Virus record (IMG/VR): IMGVR_UViG_3300013131_000021
DNA from: a virus
Strand: one strand, 5' to 3'
Length of the DNA: 64,000 nt
Shown here: in pieces, positions 16,589-26,374 of the stretch
Position numbering within the stretch: the first letter of the stretch is position 1
Layout of the letters: the number at the start of each line of letters is the position of its first letter
The notes under the pieces: generated by a model
Seen by the model: only the letters and a program-made list of their open reading frames with translations
Told to the model about the DNA's origin: nothing
The model's database searches: none
Translations under genes and position numbers: made by a program

Positions 16589-17236
16589 ATGGCTGAACCA
16601 TTAAAACACGTGGGCAGGATGGGAAATACTGGAGCAAAAGTTTTGGTTGTCTTTAGAACTTTACCGGGAGAATCTAATCAGGCATTAGTGTTGCCTGTAG
16701 CCCAACTACCGGATTCTTATCATGATTCTATTATGACTTTAGTGGAAACTGATCAAGCACAAGAAGCTTTTGAGTTAGGAGAAATTATGTTTATAAGAAC
16801 TTTCCCTGATGGCAGACCTATGCTTCAAGCTATGCAAGCAGATAATCGTTTGCAAAAAGTTCCAACAGATACTGTGCTAATGACTCCCACAACTAATAAC
16901 AGCATCGTACTTTCTGATTTAAATTCTTTGATTGCAGAACAAAAGAACTGTGCTATAGATGATCTTTATACATTTGTAAAAGGTGCTCCGTCTAAAGAGC
17001 AAATTTCACAAAATAAAGAAATAACTGCTATTGAAGAAAAAGAAATCACAGTACAAGCAGAAAACAATCCATTGACAGATAAAGATCTAGCTAAATCTTA
17101 TCGAAGCCAAGCAGACTCTATGTATAAAGAAGCGGCTAGACTACGAAAACAAGCAGATGAGTTAGATCCTCCTAAAAAGAAGATTTCTGTAAAAGATAAT
17201 CCAGAAGCAGAAAAACTAGTCGCAGAGAATGCCTAA
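16589..17236 (+). CDS. hypothetical protein (215 aa)
   Basis: AAGGAG RBS; LKHVGR N-terminus; C-terminal coiled coil. Confidence 0.7.
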   Translation: MAEPLKHVGRMGNTGAKVLVVFRTLPGESNQALVLPVAQLPDSYHDSIMTLVETDQAQEAFELGEIMFIRTFPDGRPMLQAMQADNRLQKVPTDTVLMTPTTNNSIVLSDLNSLIAEQKNCAIDDLYTFVKGAPSKEQISQNKEITAIEEKEITVQAENNPLTDKDLAKSYRSQADSMYKEAARLRKQADELDPPKKKISVKDNPEAEKLVAENA

Positions 17237-17534
17237 GCCTTTGTTTAAACCGCCCAGGCATCTAGTTAAAGAATGGCCTGAAGTATTTGAAGATCTTTAT
17301 ATGAATACTATGCCTGTGGCGTATTTAGACTTAGTTCATCTAGAATTTGAAGATGGAAGAATCTGGGAAATAAATGTCAGAGCTGAATTAGAAAAAAGTG
17401 ATGCTGATTCTATAGCTGGTATTTTATTGAGTACTCTTCAAGAATATAAAAACGAAATAAAAAAAATTGATTTTAAAGTAGATGTCAAAAGATTAAAAAA
17501 AGACATTGGCAATTCTACAAAAGATCTTCTTTAA
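17229..17534 (+). CDS. hypothetical protein (101 aa)
   Basis: Last + strand gene; its 3' end overlaps the convergent radical-SAM gene. Confidence 0.65.
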   Translation: MPKPLFKPPRHLVKEWPEVFEDLYMNTMPVAYLDLVHLEFEDGRIWEINVRAELEKSDADSIAGILLSTLQEYKNEIKKIDFKVDVKRLKKDIGNSTKDLL

Positions 17535-18753
17535 AATTAAATTTAATGTTTCTATGTTTTTCAAAAAATTCTATTTTTTCTAAACACATTTTCCATAATT
17601 TAGGATTACCGGAAGTAGTTGTAATTTTTCCTAAATAACTTCTTAGCATATCTAGTCTTTGAGTATCTTTCCATAAAGACAGATAGGCTTCATTTTTATT
17701 TTCCCATTCTTTAAATTTTTCTAAAGATTTTTGTTTAATCTCTAATGGAAGATTTACAGCATCGATCCAATTTGGAGAATATACATAGTTAAACATAGGA
17801 TATGGTTCTATAGACGGTAATTTAGAAGAAATTTCTTTCATCCAATCTAAAAATTCATTAACATATAAACAATTTAATGAATTAAATGTTGAATGTATTT
17901 GAATAGAGATATTAGATTGTTTTTGCGCTATTTCATTTACTAATTCTAAATTAGAAATTAGTTTATCCCATTTCATTGGAAATCTAATAAATTCATTTAA
18001 TTCTTTATATGCATCAACACTTGCGCACAGATATACCTTTTTAAATTCTTTCCAACACTCTAGAATTTCGCTAGGTACTTTAGTTAAATTTGAATTATAA
18101 CTTAAAATAATATTTTTAGATACACCCAATTCTATAAATTTTTTCAAGAATTCTTGATGTTCAATTATTAAAGGTTCGCCACCGACAATATGTATTCTTT
18201 GCACTTTACTAATATATTGATATAGTTTTTCAAATTGTCGATGATCTTCGAACCAATCAAGTTTAATTAATCTATCATATTCCTTCATACCAATTTGATT
18301 GGTCTCTAACTGCTCCTTAAGAAATAAAGTACTGTTATATCCGTTGCACATAACACACTTTAGATTACATCGATTTCCAAATGTAATATCCAAATATAAA
18401 AATTCTGTATCTTTTATTACTCCGTTAGTATCACATTTTGATATCCAGTATTCCTCATCAGTCATTGAATTAAAACTTTCATTGAACCATTGTCTCCAAG
18501 AAATTTTTCCTTGATCTTCAATCTCCCAACATTTTTTACAACTAGGATGACGTTTATCCTCGATCATAAATTTTCTAACTTTTCTATGAAAAGAATTATT
18601 AAAATTATCCAAAACATCAAACTTAGGATCAGAAAAGTTTTTATTTTTTTGCACTTCATTCCATCCATCATTATTACAACAAATTCTTTGCTTACCTTGA
18701 TTGTCAAGGCTAAATGCTGCAAATGGATATAGACAAAAGTTTTTTCTTTTCAT
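17515..18753 (-). CDS. radical SAM protein with N-terminal SPASM/twitch-like Cys cluster
   Basis: FCLYPF...RICC...CKKC, then CNLKCVMC (CX3CX2C) and GGEP. Confidence 0.85.
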   Translation of the reverse strand: MKRKNFCLYPFAAFSLDNQGKQRICCNNDGWNEVQKNKNFSDPKFDVLDNFNNSFHRKVRKFMIEDKRHPSCKKCWEIEDQGKISWRQWFNESFNSMTDEEYWISKCDTNGVIKDTEFLYLDITFGNRCNLKCVMCNGYNSTLFLKEQLETNQIGMKEYDRLIKLDWFEDHRQFEKLYQYISKVQRIHIVGGEPLIIEHQEFLKKFIELGVSKNIILSYNSNLTKVPSEILECWKEFKKVYLCASVDAYKELNEFIRFPMKWDKLISNLELVNEIAQKQSNISIQIHSTFNSLNCLYVNEFLDWMKEISSKLPSIEPYPMFNYVYSPNWIDAVNLPLEIKQKSLEKFKEWENKNEAYLSLWKDTQRLDMLRSYLGKITTTSGNPKLWKMCLEKIEFFEKHRNIKFNFKEDLL

Positions 18754-19709
18754 TTTTCTTTAGTTATTAAAATATCTGTGCCGCAATGGCAGTAATCTTT
18801 TTGACATATAATAGATTCGGAATTTATTTCAAATTTATGAAATATATTTCCGAGGATCGGACCTTGTCCGCAACTAGCCGCTCTCATTGTACCAGATGGT
18901 GAAATAAAGATTGATTCATTTACTTTGCATTTCCATCCTTTGAAAAAATTCCTGTTTTCAGCTACTAATCGATTACTATTTAATAATTTTTTAGATCCGT
19001 CATCGTAGTTTTCAATAGATGCAAAAGACAATTTTATATTTGGTTTTTTAACAGTAATCTTAGTTTCGAAATTATTTTTATTTAAAAATTCTGTAATTTT
19101 GGGATCTTTATATTCCCACGGAACAGCACCAATACTCATTTCTTTCAATAACGGAACCCATTCTAAATTATAATTTTTTAATTTTTCTTTTATCTCGTTG
19201 CCTAAAGAAACCATGTCTTCAAATTTTTCTTCCAGCATCATCATCCTAAGACAGAGGTAATTTATCTTATCTTGTAAAAATTCTGCGATCTCAAAGTAAT
19301 TGTTTTTATTGGCAAACTCGGGGTGATAACTAGCCACCACATCATCAAAAAGATTATAATAGTTTTTCCACCAACCTATTTTTCTGCTAAGATTTGTGTT
19401 AATTCCTAAAGTTACGTTATCTCCTAACCTTTCTTTAAAAAACTCAGACACAGGAATTAAATTTTTCCATAGCGTAGGTTCGCCTCCACTATAAAAAACT
19501 TTAAAATTAACATAATTTCTAGATTTATAATAACTTATTACATCACTTAAATTTGATAATAATATGTCTAAACCGTGTTCGTTGGTGTGCTTTCCGTTCC
19601 AGTTTCCTTCATTACAATACGAACATCTGTAATTACAAAGATTATTAACTTGCCATGTTATAGAAACGTATGGATCTTTCTCGGGTGTTATTGATATTAG
19701 ATTAGGCAT
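18750..19709 (-). CDS. radical SAM protein with C-terminal twitch/SPASM-like domain
   Basis: CNYRCSYC, GGEP, INTN; C-terminal WKC...ASCG..ILGNI...CQKDYCHC. Confidence 0.85.
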   Translation of the reverse strand: MPNLISITPEKDPYVSITWQVNNLCNYRCSYCNEGNWNGKHTNEHGLDILLSNLSDVISYYKSRNYVNFKVFYSGGEPTLWKNLIPVSEFFKERLGDNVTLGINTNLSRKIGWWKNYYNLFDDVVASYHPEFANKNNYFEIAEFLQDKINYLCLRMMMLEEKFEDMVSLGNEIKEKLKNYNLEWVPLLKEMSIGAVPWEYKDPKITEFLNKNNFETKITVKKPNIKLSFASIENYDDGSKKLLNSNRLVAENRNFFKGWKCKVNESIFISPSGTMRAASCGQGPILGNIFHKFEINSESIICQKDYCHCGTDILITKEK

Positions 19710-22174
19710 ACTAACTCCGGAAATGAGTTTGAAAAATTTGTTCCTCTATGAGCATCGAGCATAGAGTTAAATTTTAAAAATTCTTGTATACTACTATTTC
19801 CATTATCGGTGGCAGTATAGTAATCATATAATCTTTGAAATACATCTTCGCTGACAAACATCTTTAAAGATTCTAAATTTTTCACAGTATTTTTAATTTG
19901 CTCTAATACATTTTTTCGAATATTTAGAGACCATACCTGTGTTCTCATATAGTTAGGATTATCTAAAAATATAGGATACCAAGACACATAACGATACCTA
20001 GAAATTTCATTGATATATTTTAAAATATCTGATATAGAATATAGATTATAAGCACTTACCACTGTATAAAATACTATCTTGATATTATTCAAATCTAATA
20101 TACTTTTAACATTATTATGAAACTCATTCCAATTGACTGGATATCGAATATAGTTAGCTTGATCTCCAATGCCGTCAATGCTGATCTGTATCTCATTATT
20201 TGGAAACTGTTTTATTAATTCTAAAAGCTCACTGTCTGCAACTGTTCCGTTGGTAGTAAAACTTACAAAACAATTTGTATTACCTGTTTTTATTAATTCG
20301 TGCAGTAAATTTCGATTCTCTTTTATTAAGGTAGGCTCGCCACCTGTTAAATAAATTCTTCCTAGATTTCCAGCAACGCTATCGATATTATTCTTATAAG
20401 TATCATTCTTAAACCATTTATTAATTTCACGAGGAATATTTAATTCCGAATTCCATAAAGAATGCAATTTACTATCCTTGGCTTCTTTAGAAAGTATGTT
20501 TATACGTTCTTCATTTACTTTACTAGAACTATACCCCCAACACGAATTACATGACAAATTACAGGTATTTCCTAATCTTAATTCGAGGCTGGTTAAATTG
20601 GACAACGGTACTTGATCCTTGATTAGAAATTCGTTAACTGAATGTACGATCTTTCTTTCTGACATATATTTTCTATTAGATTCAATCCGACTGCTACTAC
20701 CAGTTAATTGTTCATGCCGATAACAATCTTTACATTCGTTTACTTCTTCTCCCATTAACATTTTTAATCTTACATTAGATAAATGAGAACTATTCCATAT
20801 ATTTTCTATGTTATCGATACCTAGATTAAAATCTGTTTGATCAGATTTTTTTATATGAGAATTATCTCTTATATTGCAGCACAGTTTTACACTACCATCG
20901 GTGTTGCTGTTCAAATTAAAAAAAGGAAATACACAGAACGTCTTTGAATTCATTGAAGGAATTCTTAAATGATCTTCGAGCTCCGGAAATATTTCATATA
21001 TTTTTTCATCTCTTATATTATCTACAGAATCATTAACATAAGAAAACTTTTCTAATAATTTATATTTTGACTCAGGTTCTGTTTTAAGAAAATTTATAAC
21101 ACTTTCGAACTGACTAACTATTCCGTTTGAATGCTCTACTTTTTCCTTGGTCCAGTTAATTAAATCGTACCATCTGTATATTATTAGTTCTTTATTTTCT
21201 AAAACATTTGCCTGTTGTCTTGGAGGATGTGTTAAAATGTTTAATCTTATATTGTTCGGATCTAATAAATCGGTTTCAACCCATTCTTTATAAAAATCAG
21301 GAAAATGCCATACATTAAACAAACTGATCGTAGGAGTGATATGAAATCTAACACCTGGTAATAATTTTAATTTTTTTCTATTATCAACTATGTTATTCCA
21401 AACAGTGCCCTTGCGAATATATTCAGCTCTTTTACCAGAGGCATCTAAGCTGGCATAAATTTCTATATTTTTAAATTTACTCCAAATATCAAATAAATCT
21501 ATCTGTTTATACTTCAAAGTAGATAAGTTAGTGGTATACATTATTTTTACATCAAATTTTTCAAGTTCTATTAACTTAAACAATGCAGCGTAATGTTCTT
21601 CTTGCATCAAAGCTTCGCCGCCGGCGAACACTATTTCTTCAGCAGTTTCTAATGCTTGTTCATAATATTGCCAAAATTTATCTCTAGGAATCTGTATTAT
21701 TCCCGGATCTGGTTGATTTTTAAGTAATGGTATCTCTGGTCCCCATTTGCTACTAAGTTCGGGTCCGCAGGTCCTACATTTAAAATTACAAATATTGCTA
21801 AATCTAATATCTAAATATCTAACCTCGCTCATTGTTAATTTATTGGAATCGATAATCGGCTTTATGTGATGAGCAAAACTAAAATTAGTAGTTTTACGTA
21901 ATGTTTGAATTCCAGATTCCTCTAATTGATAACATCTATTACAGCCTTCGGGTTTTTGACCGTTTATCAACTCTTCTCTTAATTTTTTATAATTTTCATT
22001 ATTAACTAGATCCTCGATGTTCTCTTTATTGATATTCCCTAAAGGTTTATGAGAATCATACATACAACACGGAAATACAGAACCGTCTGGCCAAGCGTGG
22101 ATTCCAATCCACGGCTGAATACAAAATGTATCTTCGTTCATATGTGTTGTTTTCTTTTTTAAAAAATTTGTCAT
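19697..22174 (-). CDS. tandem double radical SAM protein (two twitch+rSAM modules)
   Basis: Module 1: FCIQPW...CCMY...CNRC, CNFKCRTC, GGEA. Module 2: FCVFPF...CCNI...CKDC, CNLSCNSC, GGEP. Confidence 0.85.
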   Translation of the reverse strand: MTNFLKKKTTHMNEDTFCIQPWIGIHAWPDGSVFPCCMYDSHKPLGNINKENIEDLVNNENYKKLREELINGQKPEGCNRCYQLEESGIQTLRKTTNFSFAHHIKPIIDSNKLTMSEVRYLDIRFSNICNFKCRTCGPELSSKWGPEIPLLKNQPDPGIIQIPRDKFWQYYEQALETAEEIVFAGGEALMQEEHYAALFKLIELEKFDVKIMYTTNLSTLKYKQIDLFDIWSKFKNIEIYASLDASGKRAEYIRKGTVWNNIVDNRKKLKLLPGVRFHITPTISLFNVWHFPDFYKEWVETDLLDPNNIRLNILTHPPRQQANVLENKELIIYRWYDLINWTKEKVEHSNGIVSQFESVINFLKTEPESKYKLLEKFSYVNDSVDNIRDEKIYEIFPELEDHLRIPSMNSKTFCVFPFFNLNSNTDGSVKLCCNIRDNSHIKKSDQTDFNLGIDNIENIWNSSHLSNVRLKMLMGEEVNECKDCYRHEQLTGSSSRIESNRKYMSERKIVHSVNEFLIKDQVPLSNLTSLELRLGNTCNLSCNSCWGYSSSKVNEERINILSKEAKDSKLHSLWNSELNIPREINKWFKNDTYKNNIDSVAGNLGRIYLTGGEPTLIKENRNLLHELIKTGNTNCFVSFTTNGTVADSELLELIKQFPNNEIQISIDGIGDQANYIRYPVNWNEFHNNVKSILDLNNIKIVFYTVVSAYNLYSISDILKYINEISRYRYVSWYPIFLDNPNYMRTQVWSLNIRKNVLEQIKNTVKNLESLKMFVSEDVFQRLYDYYTATDNGNSSIQEFLKFNSMLDAHRGTNFSNSFPELVCLI

Positions 22175-22178
22175 AAAT

Positions 22179-23555
22179 CTATTGTTCTAAACATTCCATA
22201 TAGAAATCTTTTAAAGTTGGAAAAGTTTTTATAAAATCGGTTCCTCGTCGACGATCATATTCTGTAAACCATCGATAAAAATCTTTTTTTCCTTCATATA
22301 ACTTGTCTTCAGAATATGATGTTGTTTCCATATATTTTACAAGTCTTTTAATTTTTTCTAATTCTAATAATCCAAATTTTGTTTTATCAAGGTCTACTAC
22401 ATTATTTTCAACGAATTTAAGATTTTCTTGCATTATGGGAACAAATTTATCTTTAGGCAGTATATTAATATCATATTGTAAAGGTTCTTTTAAATACGGA
22501 ACATCAAATCTTATATTTCTAAATCTTTCATGTTCTGGATCTCTATACTTTATATATTTTGTTCTCCATTCTAAAATCTTTTCTAATAATTTTTTAAAAT
22601 TAGGAATACTTAAAATATTAACTGTTATCATTAAACTTACAGGACTGCAAGTTGTTGTAATATAAGTTTCGAGATTTTTTTCCCATACTGTTAAGTCTAA
22701 CCCAGTTCGAATATATTCAGCCTGCGGTCCCCATGTATCTATACTAGTAAAAAGTTGAAAGCTTTTGATACATTTATTATCTTTGAGATATTTGATCTTT
22801 TCTGACAATCTTTCAACTAAAATAGGTTTGACTCCGAGATTGCTGTTTATGTTTAATTCTAACTCTGGACGTGGATTCACTGCTAATTCATCTAACAACT
22901 TCCACGTACTCTGTTGCAATAATGGTTCACCGCCCGTGATTCTTAAAATTGTAAGGGTCTTACTTACTTCGGGCCACCAACGCCACCATGCATCAACATA
23001 TGGATTATTTTCTTCTTCATAAATTTTAAACCAATCTATATCATTCCTATGGTGTTTGACCATATGATAGGGGCCATGATCTTTTATTTCTTTGTAATAA
23101 CTGCTGCTATGTTTGGGATGACAATAACCGCATTTGAAATTACATTCATTACCGAAGCTAACTTCAATGTACTGAGGATTAACATTCATATCCCACTCCC
23201 CGTCTTTAATTTGTTGATATCTCTCGGGAGTGAATATAGATGCATTTCTTTCTTTTCGATCGCTAATATAGTCTTCACCTAAATTCTCTATATTCCAACA
23301 ATATTGACAACCAGATGGTTTACCTCCATTCAGCATTTCAAGACGCTCCATCTTTTTTTGACTTGTATTATGTAATGAACTAGGATCAATAGAAATTTCG
23401 TCTAAAGGAATTTTATGAGGAGCTGGATGATAGCAACTATGAGTTTCTCCAGTTTGAAGATATATAGTCGTATGATGCCATTTAGCCAAACAGAATGTTG
23501 GACTAATTTCATTCATTATAGGAATAAATTTTTTAATTCTTTCTATATCGTTCAC
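22179..23555 (-). CDS. radical SAM protein with N-terminal Cys cluster
   Basis: FCLAKW...SCYHP...CQYC, CNFKCGYC, GGEP; GTG start. Confidence 0.85.
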   Translation of the reverse strand: MNDIERIKKFIPIMNEISPTFCLAKWHHTTIYLQTGETHSCYHPAPHKIPLDEISIDPSSLHNTSQKKMERLEMLNGGKPSGCQYCWNIENLGEDYISDRKERNASIFTPERYQQIKDGEWDMNVNPQYIEVSFGNECNFKCGYCHPKHSSSYYKEIKDHGPYHMVKHHRNDIDWFKIYEEENNPYVDAWWRWWPEVSKTLTILRITGGEPLLQQSTWKLLDELAVNPRPELELNINSNLGVKPILVERLSEKIKYLKDNKCIKSFQLFTSIDTWGPQAEYIRTGLDLTVWEKNLETYITTTCSPVSLMITVNILSIPNFKKLLEKILEWRTKYIKYRDPEHERFRNIRFDVPYLKEPLQYDINILPKDKFVPIMQENLKFVENNVVDLDKTKFGLLELEKIKRLVKYMETTSYSEDKLYEGKKDFYRWFTEYDRRRGTDFIKTFPTLKDFYMECLEQ

Positions 23556-25464
23556 AAAATTGTTCCTCTAACCATTTAAAATCATTGATCTTTCTTAATT
23601 CATCAATATTGCCTCTATTGAATAAGCCGTATTCTTTTCCAGTCAATGCTCCATCTATTGCATATTCGCCGAACAGTTTATCTGAGCCTGCTGTACACCA
23701 TATATCTAATCTTTCTTCAGATTCTTTATCTATTTGACCTTGTATAGATCTAGAAGCTAGTTTTACACATTCTCTAAAAGCAGATCTCCATGTTGTAAAG
23801 CCATCGGTATTAAATCCCGTGATATTGGAAGTCGTTGGCATTGGTTTAAAAGATGAGGATATGCTAGTAGTCATGTCTGGTTTAGTCATATCCATGTTCA
23901 TAGTCAGCTTCGTCGGTAATAATTTTACACCACCATAACCGTATTCTAAATCATTTATGGGATTTCGACTCCGCCACACATGCACAGTATTTTGATCCCA
24001 TATAGCTACCTGATGTTCAAATTTAAAACCATCTACAATTTGAGCATCACCGTCGACTACCCAAAACATTTTAGTGTTAGATAAAGCTGCTGCTTTTATG
24101 TGTGCATTATGAATTCCGGTAATTCCATGCACTCTCTTAACATCTGGATACTTAGATTTAAGTGCTACAAAATTTTCATCTGCATTAGGTTCCTGGTAGC
24201 TAATAAAAACGATATCAAATTTCTTAGGAATACTCGAGTCTATATCAACTTCAACTTTATCTGTAAAAAATCTAAATTCTATTTCTTTTCTAGAATATAC
24301 GGTTTTCTTAGGCATTAAACAAATGCCGTCGTAATAATTTTTATTTTTAAAAACGTGAACCAAATGTTGATTATAAGTGGGCACTTGATAATCAAATTTA
24401 AAAGTTGACAATATTTCTAAATCATTCCAGACTGCCCAGAACATATCGCTCCGGCACTCATTTTCTGCTTTAAGATATTCTTCATAGTCATTAATATAGA
24501 AAATATCAAAAGTCTTAGGATCGCTCAAATTCTTGTCAACTTCTATTTTATCTATAAAAAATCTAAACTCTATTTCTTTTCTAGAATAAATTTTAGATTT
24601 TGGCAACAGGCAAATGCCGTCGTAATAATTTTTATTTTTAAAAACGTGAACCAAATGTTGATTATAAGTGGGCACTTGATAATCGAATTTAAAATCTTTT
24701 TTAACTTCTATGTTATCCCAAACAGCCCAGAACATGTTAGTTTTAGAATTGCCGACTGCCGTCAGATAGTCGTCATAAGACTTTAAATTGTATATGTTGT
24801 ATTCGAGCGGATGACTAGCTACTATATCGATTTCTTTCTTTTCAGTAAAAAATCTATGTTCAAATTCTTTTTTTGAAACTAACTTATGTTTTGGAAACAA
24901 ACAAACGCCATCATAATGTTCACCGTTTTTAAACACATGATTTATATTTTTATGAAATAAATCATAATAAGGAATATAATAATTAAACTCAAAATTATCA
25001 GCTATAATAATATCATTCCATACGCACCAGAACATGTCTGTGGTCGATTTTTCAGCTGCTTGTAAATATTCTTCATAAGTGTCGATATAAAATTTATCAT
25101 ATGCCTTAGGAACAGATGCTTGTATATCGATTTCTTTCTTTTCAGTAAAAAATCTATGTTCAAATTCTTTTTTTGAAACTAACTTATGTTTTGGAAACAA
25201 ACAAACGCCATCATAATGTTCACCGTTTTTAAACACATGAACATACATGTCATCCCATTTAGTAGCTTTATACTCTGATAGGTTGAATGACGTTAATTTT
25301 ATGTCGTCCCAGATAACCCAGAACATTTTTGTAAAAGACTTTGATCGTATGTCTTCGTAAGATCGTATGTTTGTAAGCCGCTGAGCAAGAGGATACTTAG
25401 ACTTTATTTCAGTCCAGTCTTTGGTATTTCCTTCGCCCTTCGAAACATAAAAAATGTCATACAT
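23533..25464 (-). CDS. GT-A-like glycosyltransferase with four degenerate N-terminal repeats
   Basis: C-terminal domain FDIVFISY.E...MFWVVDGD (DxD). Four ~97-120 aa upstream repeats MFW.VW(D/N)(D/N)...HVFKN...YDG.CL.PK. Confidence 0.65.
   Translation of the reverse strand: MYDIFYVSKGEGNTKDWTEIKSKYPLAQRLTNIRSYEDIRSKSFTKMFWVIWDDIKLTSFNLSEYKATKWDDMYVHVFKNGEHYDGVCLFPKHKLVSKKEFEHRFFTEKKEIDIQASVPKAYDKFYIDTYEEYLQAAEKSTTDMFWCVWNDIIIADNFEFNYYIPYYDLFHKNINHVFKNGEHYDGVCLFPKHKLVSKKEFEHRFFTEKKEIDIVASHPLEYNIYNLKSYDDYLTAVGNSKTNMFWAVWDNIEVKKDFKFDYQVPTYNQHLVHVFKNKNYYDGICLLPKSKIYSRKEIEFRFFIDKIEVDKNLSDPKTFDIFYINDYEEYLKAENECRSDMFWAVWNDLEILSTFKFDYQVPTYNQHLVHVFKNKNYYDGICLMPKKTVYSRKEIEFRFFTDKVEVDIDSSIPKKFDIVFISYQEPNADENFVALKSKYPDVKRVHGITGIHNAHIKAAALSNTKMFWVVDGDAQIVDGFKFEHQVAIWDQNTVHVWRSRNPINDLEYGYGGVKLLPTKLTMNMDMTKPDMTTSISSSFKPMPTTSNITGFNTDGFTTWRSAFRECVKLASRSIQGQIDKESEERLDIWCTAGSDKLFGEYAIDGALTGKEYGLFNRGNIDELRKINDFKWLEEQFCERYRKN
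24320..24684. repeat. 74-bp exact direct repeat (24320-24393 and 24611-24684, period 291)
   Basis: Read directly: caaatgccgtcgtaataa...gggcacttgataatc occurs twice. Confidence 0.9.
24823..25240. repeat. 118-bp exact direct repeat (24823-24940 and 25123-25240, period 300)
   Basis: Read directly: tatatcgatttctttc...tttttaaacacatga occurs twice. Confidence 0.9.
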
Positions 25465-26374
25465 TTGTTGGCACTGGCATCTTAAAATAAGTGTCGTTTA
25501 AATTCATTGTTTCATTATACAGATCTAGAGTAAATTTACTTTGCTGTGCATCAAGAAACGGCCAGTCTAGTCCTAGACCAATTTTTATTTTTTCGCCTAG
25601 ATTTTTAATCTCATCTATTAGTCCGTTGCCATTTACATCTTCATAAGGTTTACCGTATTGAGAATAAATGTCTCTAAGGATTTCAAAGTCTCGAACATCA
25701 ACATAATTCCATTGTGTGCAATTAGTCATCCATGTGCCTAATCTAGCACCATACACAGCATAAATTCCGTTTTCTTCGTGGACACCGACTGTTGACCACA
25801 TACGCAGTCTATGGATATTATGCCACCATATACGTTCTTTGATTTCCATAGACGGAATTTTTACTCCGTCCAGTAATGTCATTTTCACTCCTTCACGAAA
25901 TCCTGCTCGCCATGCCTGAAACGGAGATCCTGTAATAACACTTTCACTAAACGTTAATGGAAAATTTCTATATCCATCTTCCCAACAGAAGTCTACCTGG
26001 CCTCGATCGCTGTCTGAGTTTTCATGTGTTCGCATGTTTAGAACAAAATCTTTACGCCAGATTTTTAATCCGCCATTGCCGTAGCGCAGACCGTTAATTA
26101 CATTCCAGCCGCACCAACCATAGACCTGTATCTTAGGATCTGTCATGTCTAGATCGATATTAAAAAATCTAGGATCAACAATATTATCAGCATCTACTGT
26201 AATAAACCAATCTGTTTCTGAAAGTTCTGCTGCTGCTTTGTGTGCATGATCTGATCCTTTTATGCCATGAATTCTTTTAGCCCAAGGAACTTTTGTACAT
26301 AAATCAGCATAATGAACGTCTGCATTAGGTTCATCGTAGCTTAAAAATATAACATCAAATTCTATAATTTTCAT
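25457..26374 (-). CDS. GT-A-like glycosyltransferase, paralogue of the adjacent repeat protein
   Basis: FDVIFLSYDEPNAD...WFITVDADN (DxD)...GLRYGNGG...QAWRAGFREGVK. Confidence 0.65.
   Translation of the reverse strand: MKIIEFDVIFLSYDEPNADVHYADLCTKVPWAKRIHGIKGSDHAHKAAAELSETDWFITVDADNIVDPRFFNIDLDMTDPKIQVYGWCGWNVINGLRYGNGGLKIWRKDFVLNMRTHENSDSDRGQVDFCWEDGYRNFPLTFSESVITGSPFQAWRAGFREGVKMTLLDGVKIPSMEIKERIWWHNIHRLRMWSTVGVHEENGIYAVYGARLGTWMTNCTQWNYVDVRDFEILRDIYSQYGKPYEDVNGNGLIDEIKNLGEKIKIGLGLDWPFLDAQQSKFTLDLYNETMNLNDTYFKMPVPTNV

Noticed and set aside
139-16637. Short alternative-frame or antisense ORFs nested in the + strand cluster (e.g. 1155-1436, 5869-6294, 13423-13773, 14056-14349)
   Set aside because: Fully overlapped by confidently identified genes and with no independent evidence.
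24320-25240. Direct repeats considered as a CRISPR array or DGR template/variable pair
   Set aside because: The repeats are 74-118 bp, in frame within a coding region, and occur as two different pairs. There are no spacers, cas genes or reverse transcriptase, and no adenine-specific mismatches.
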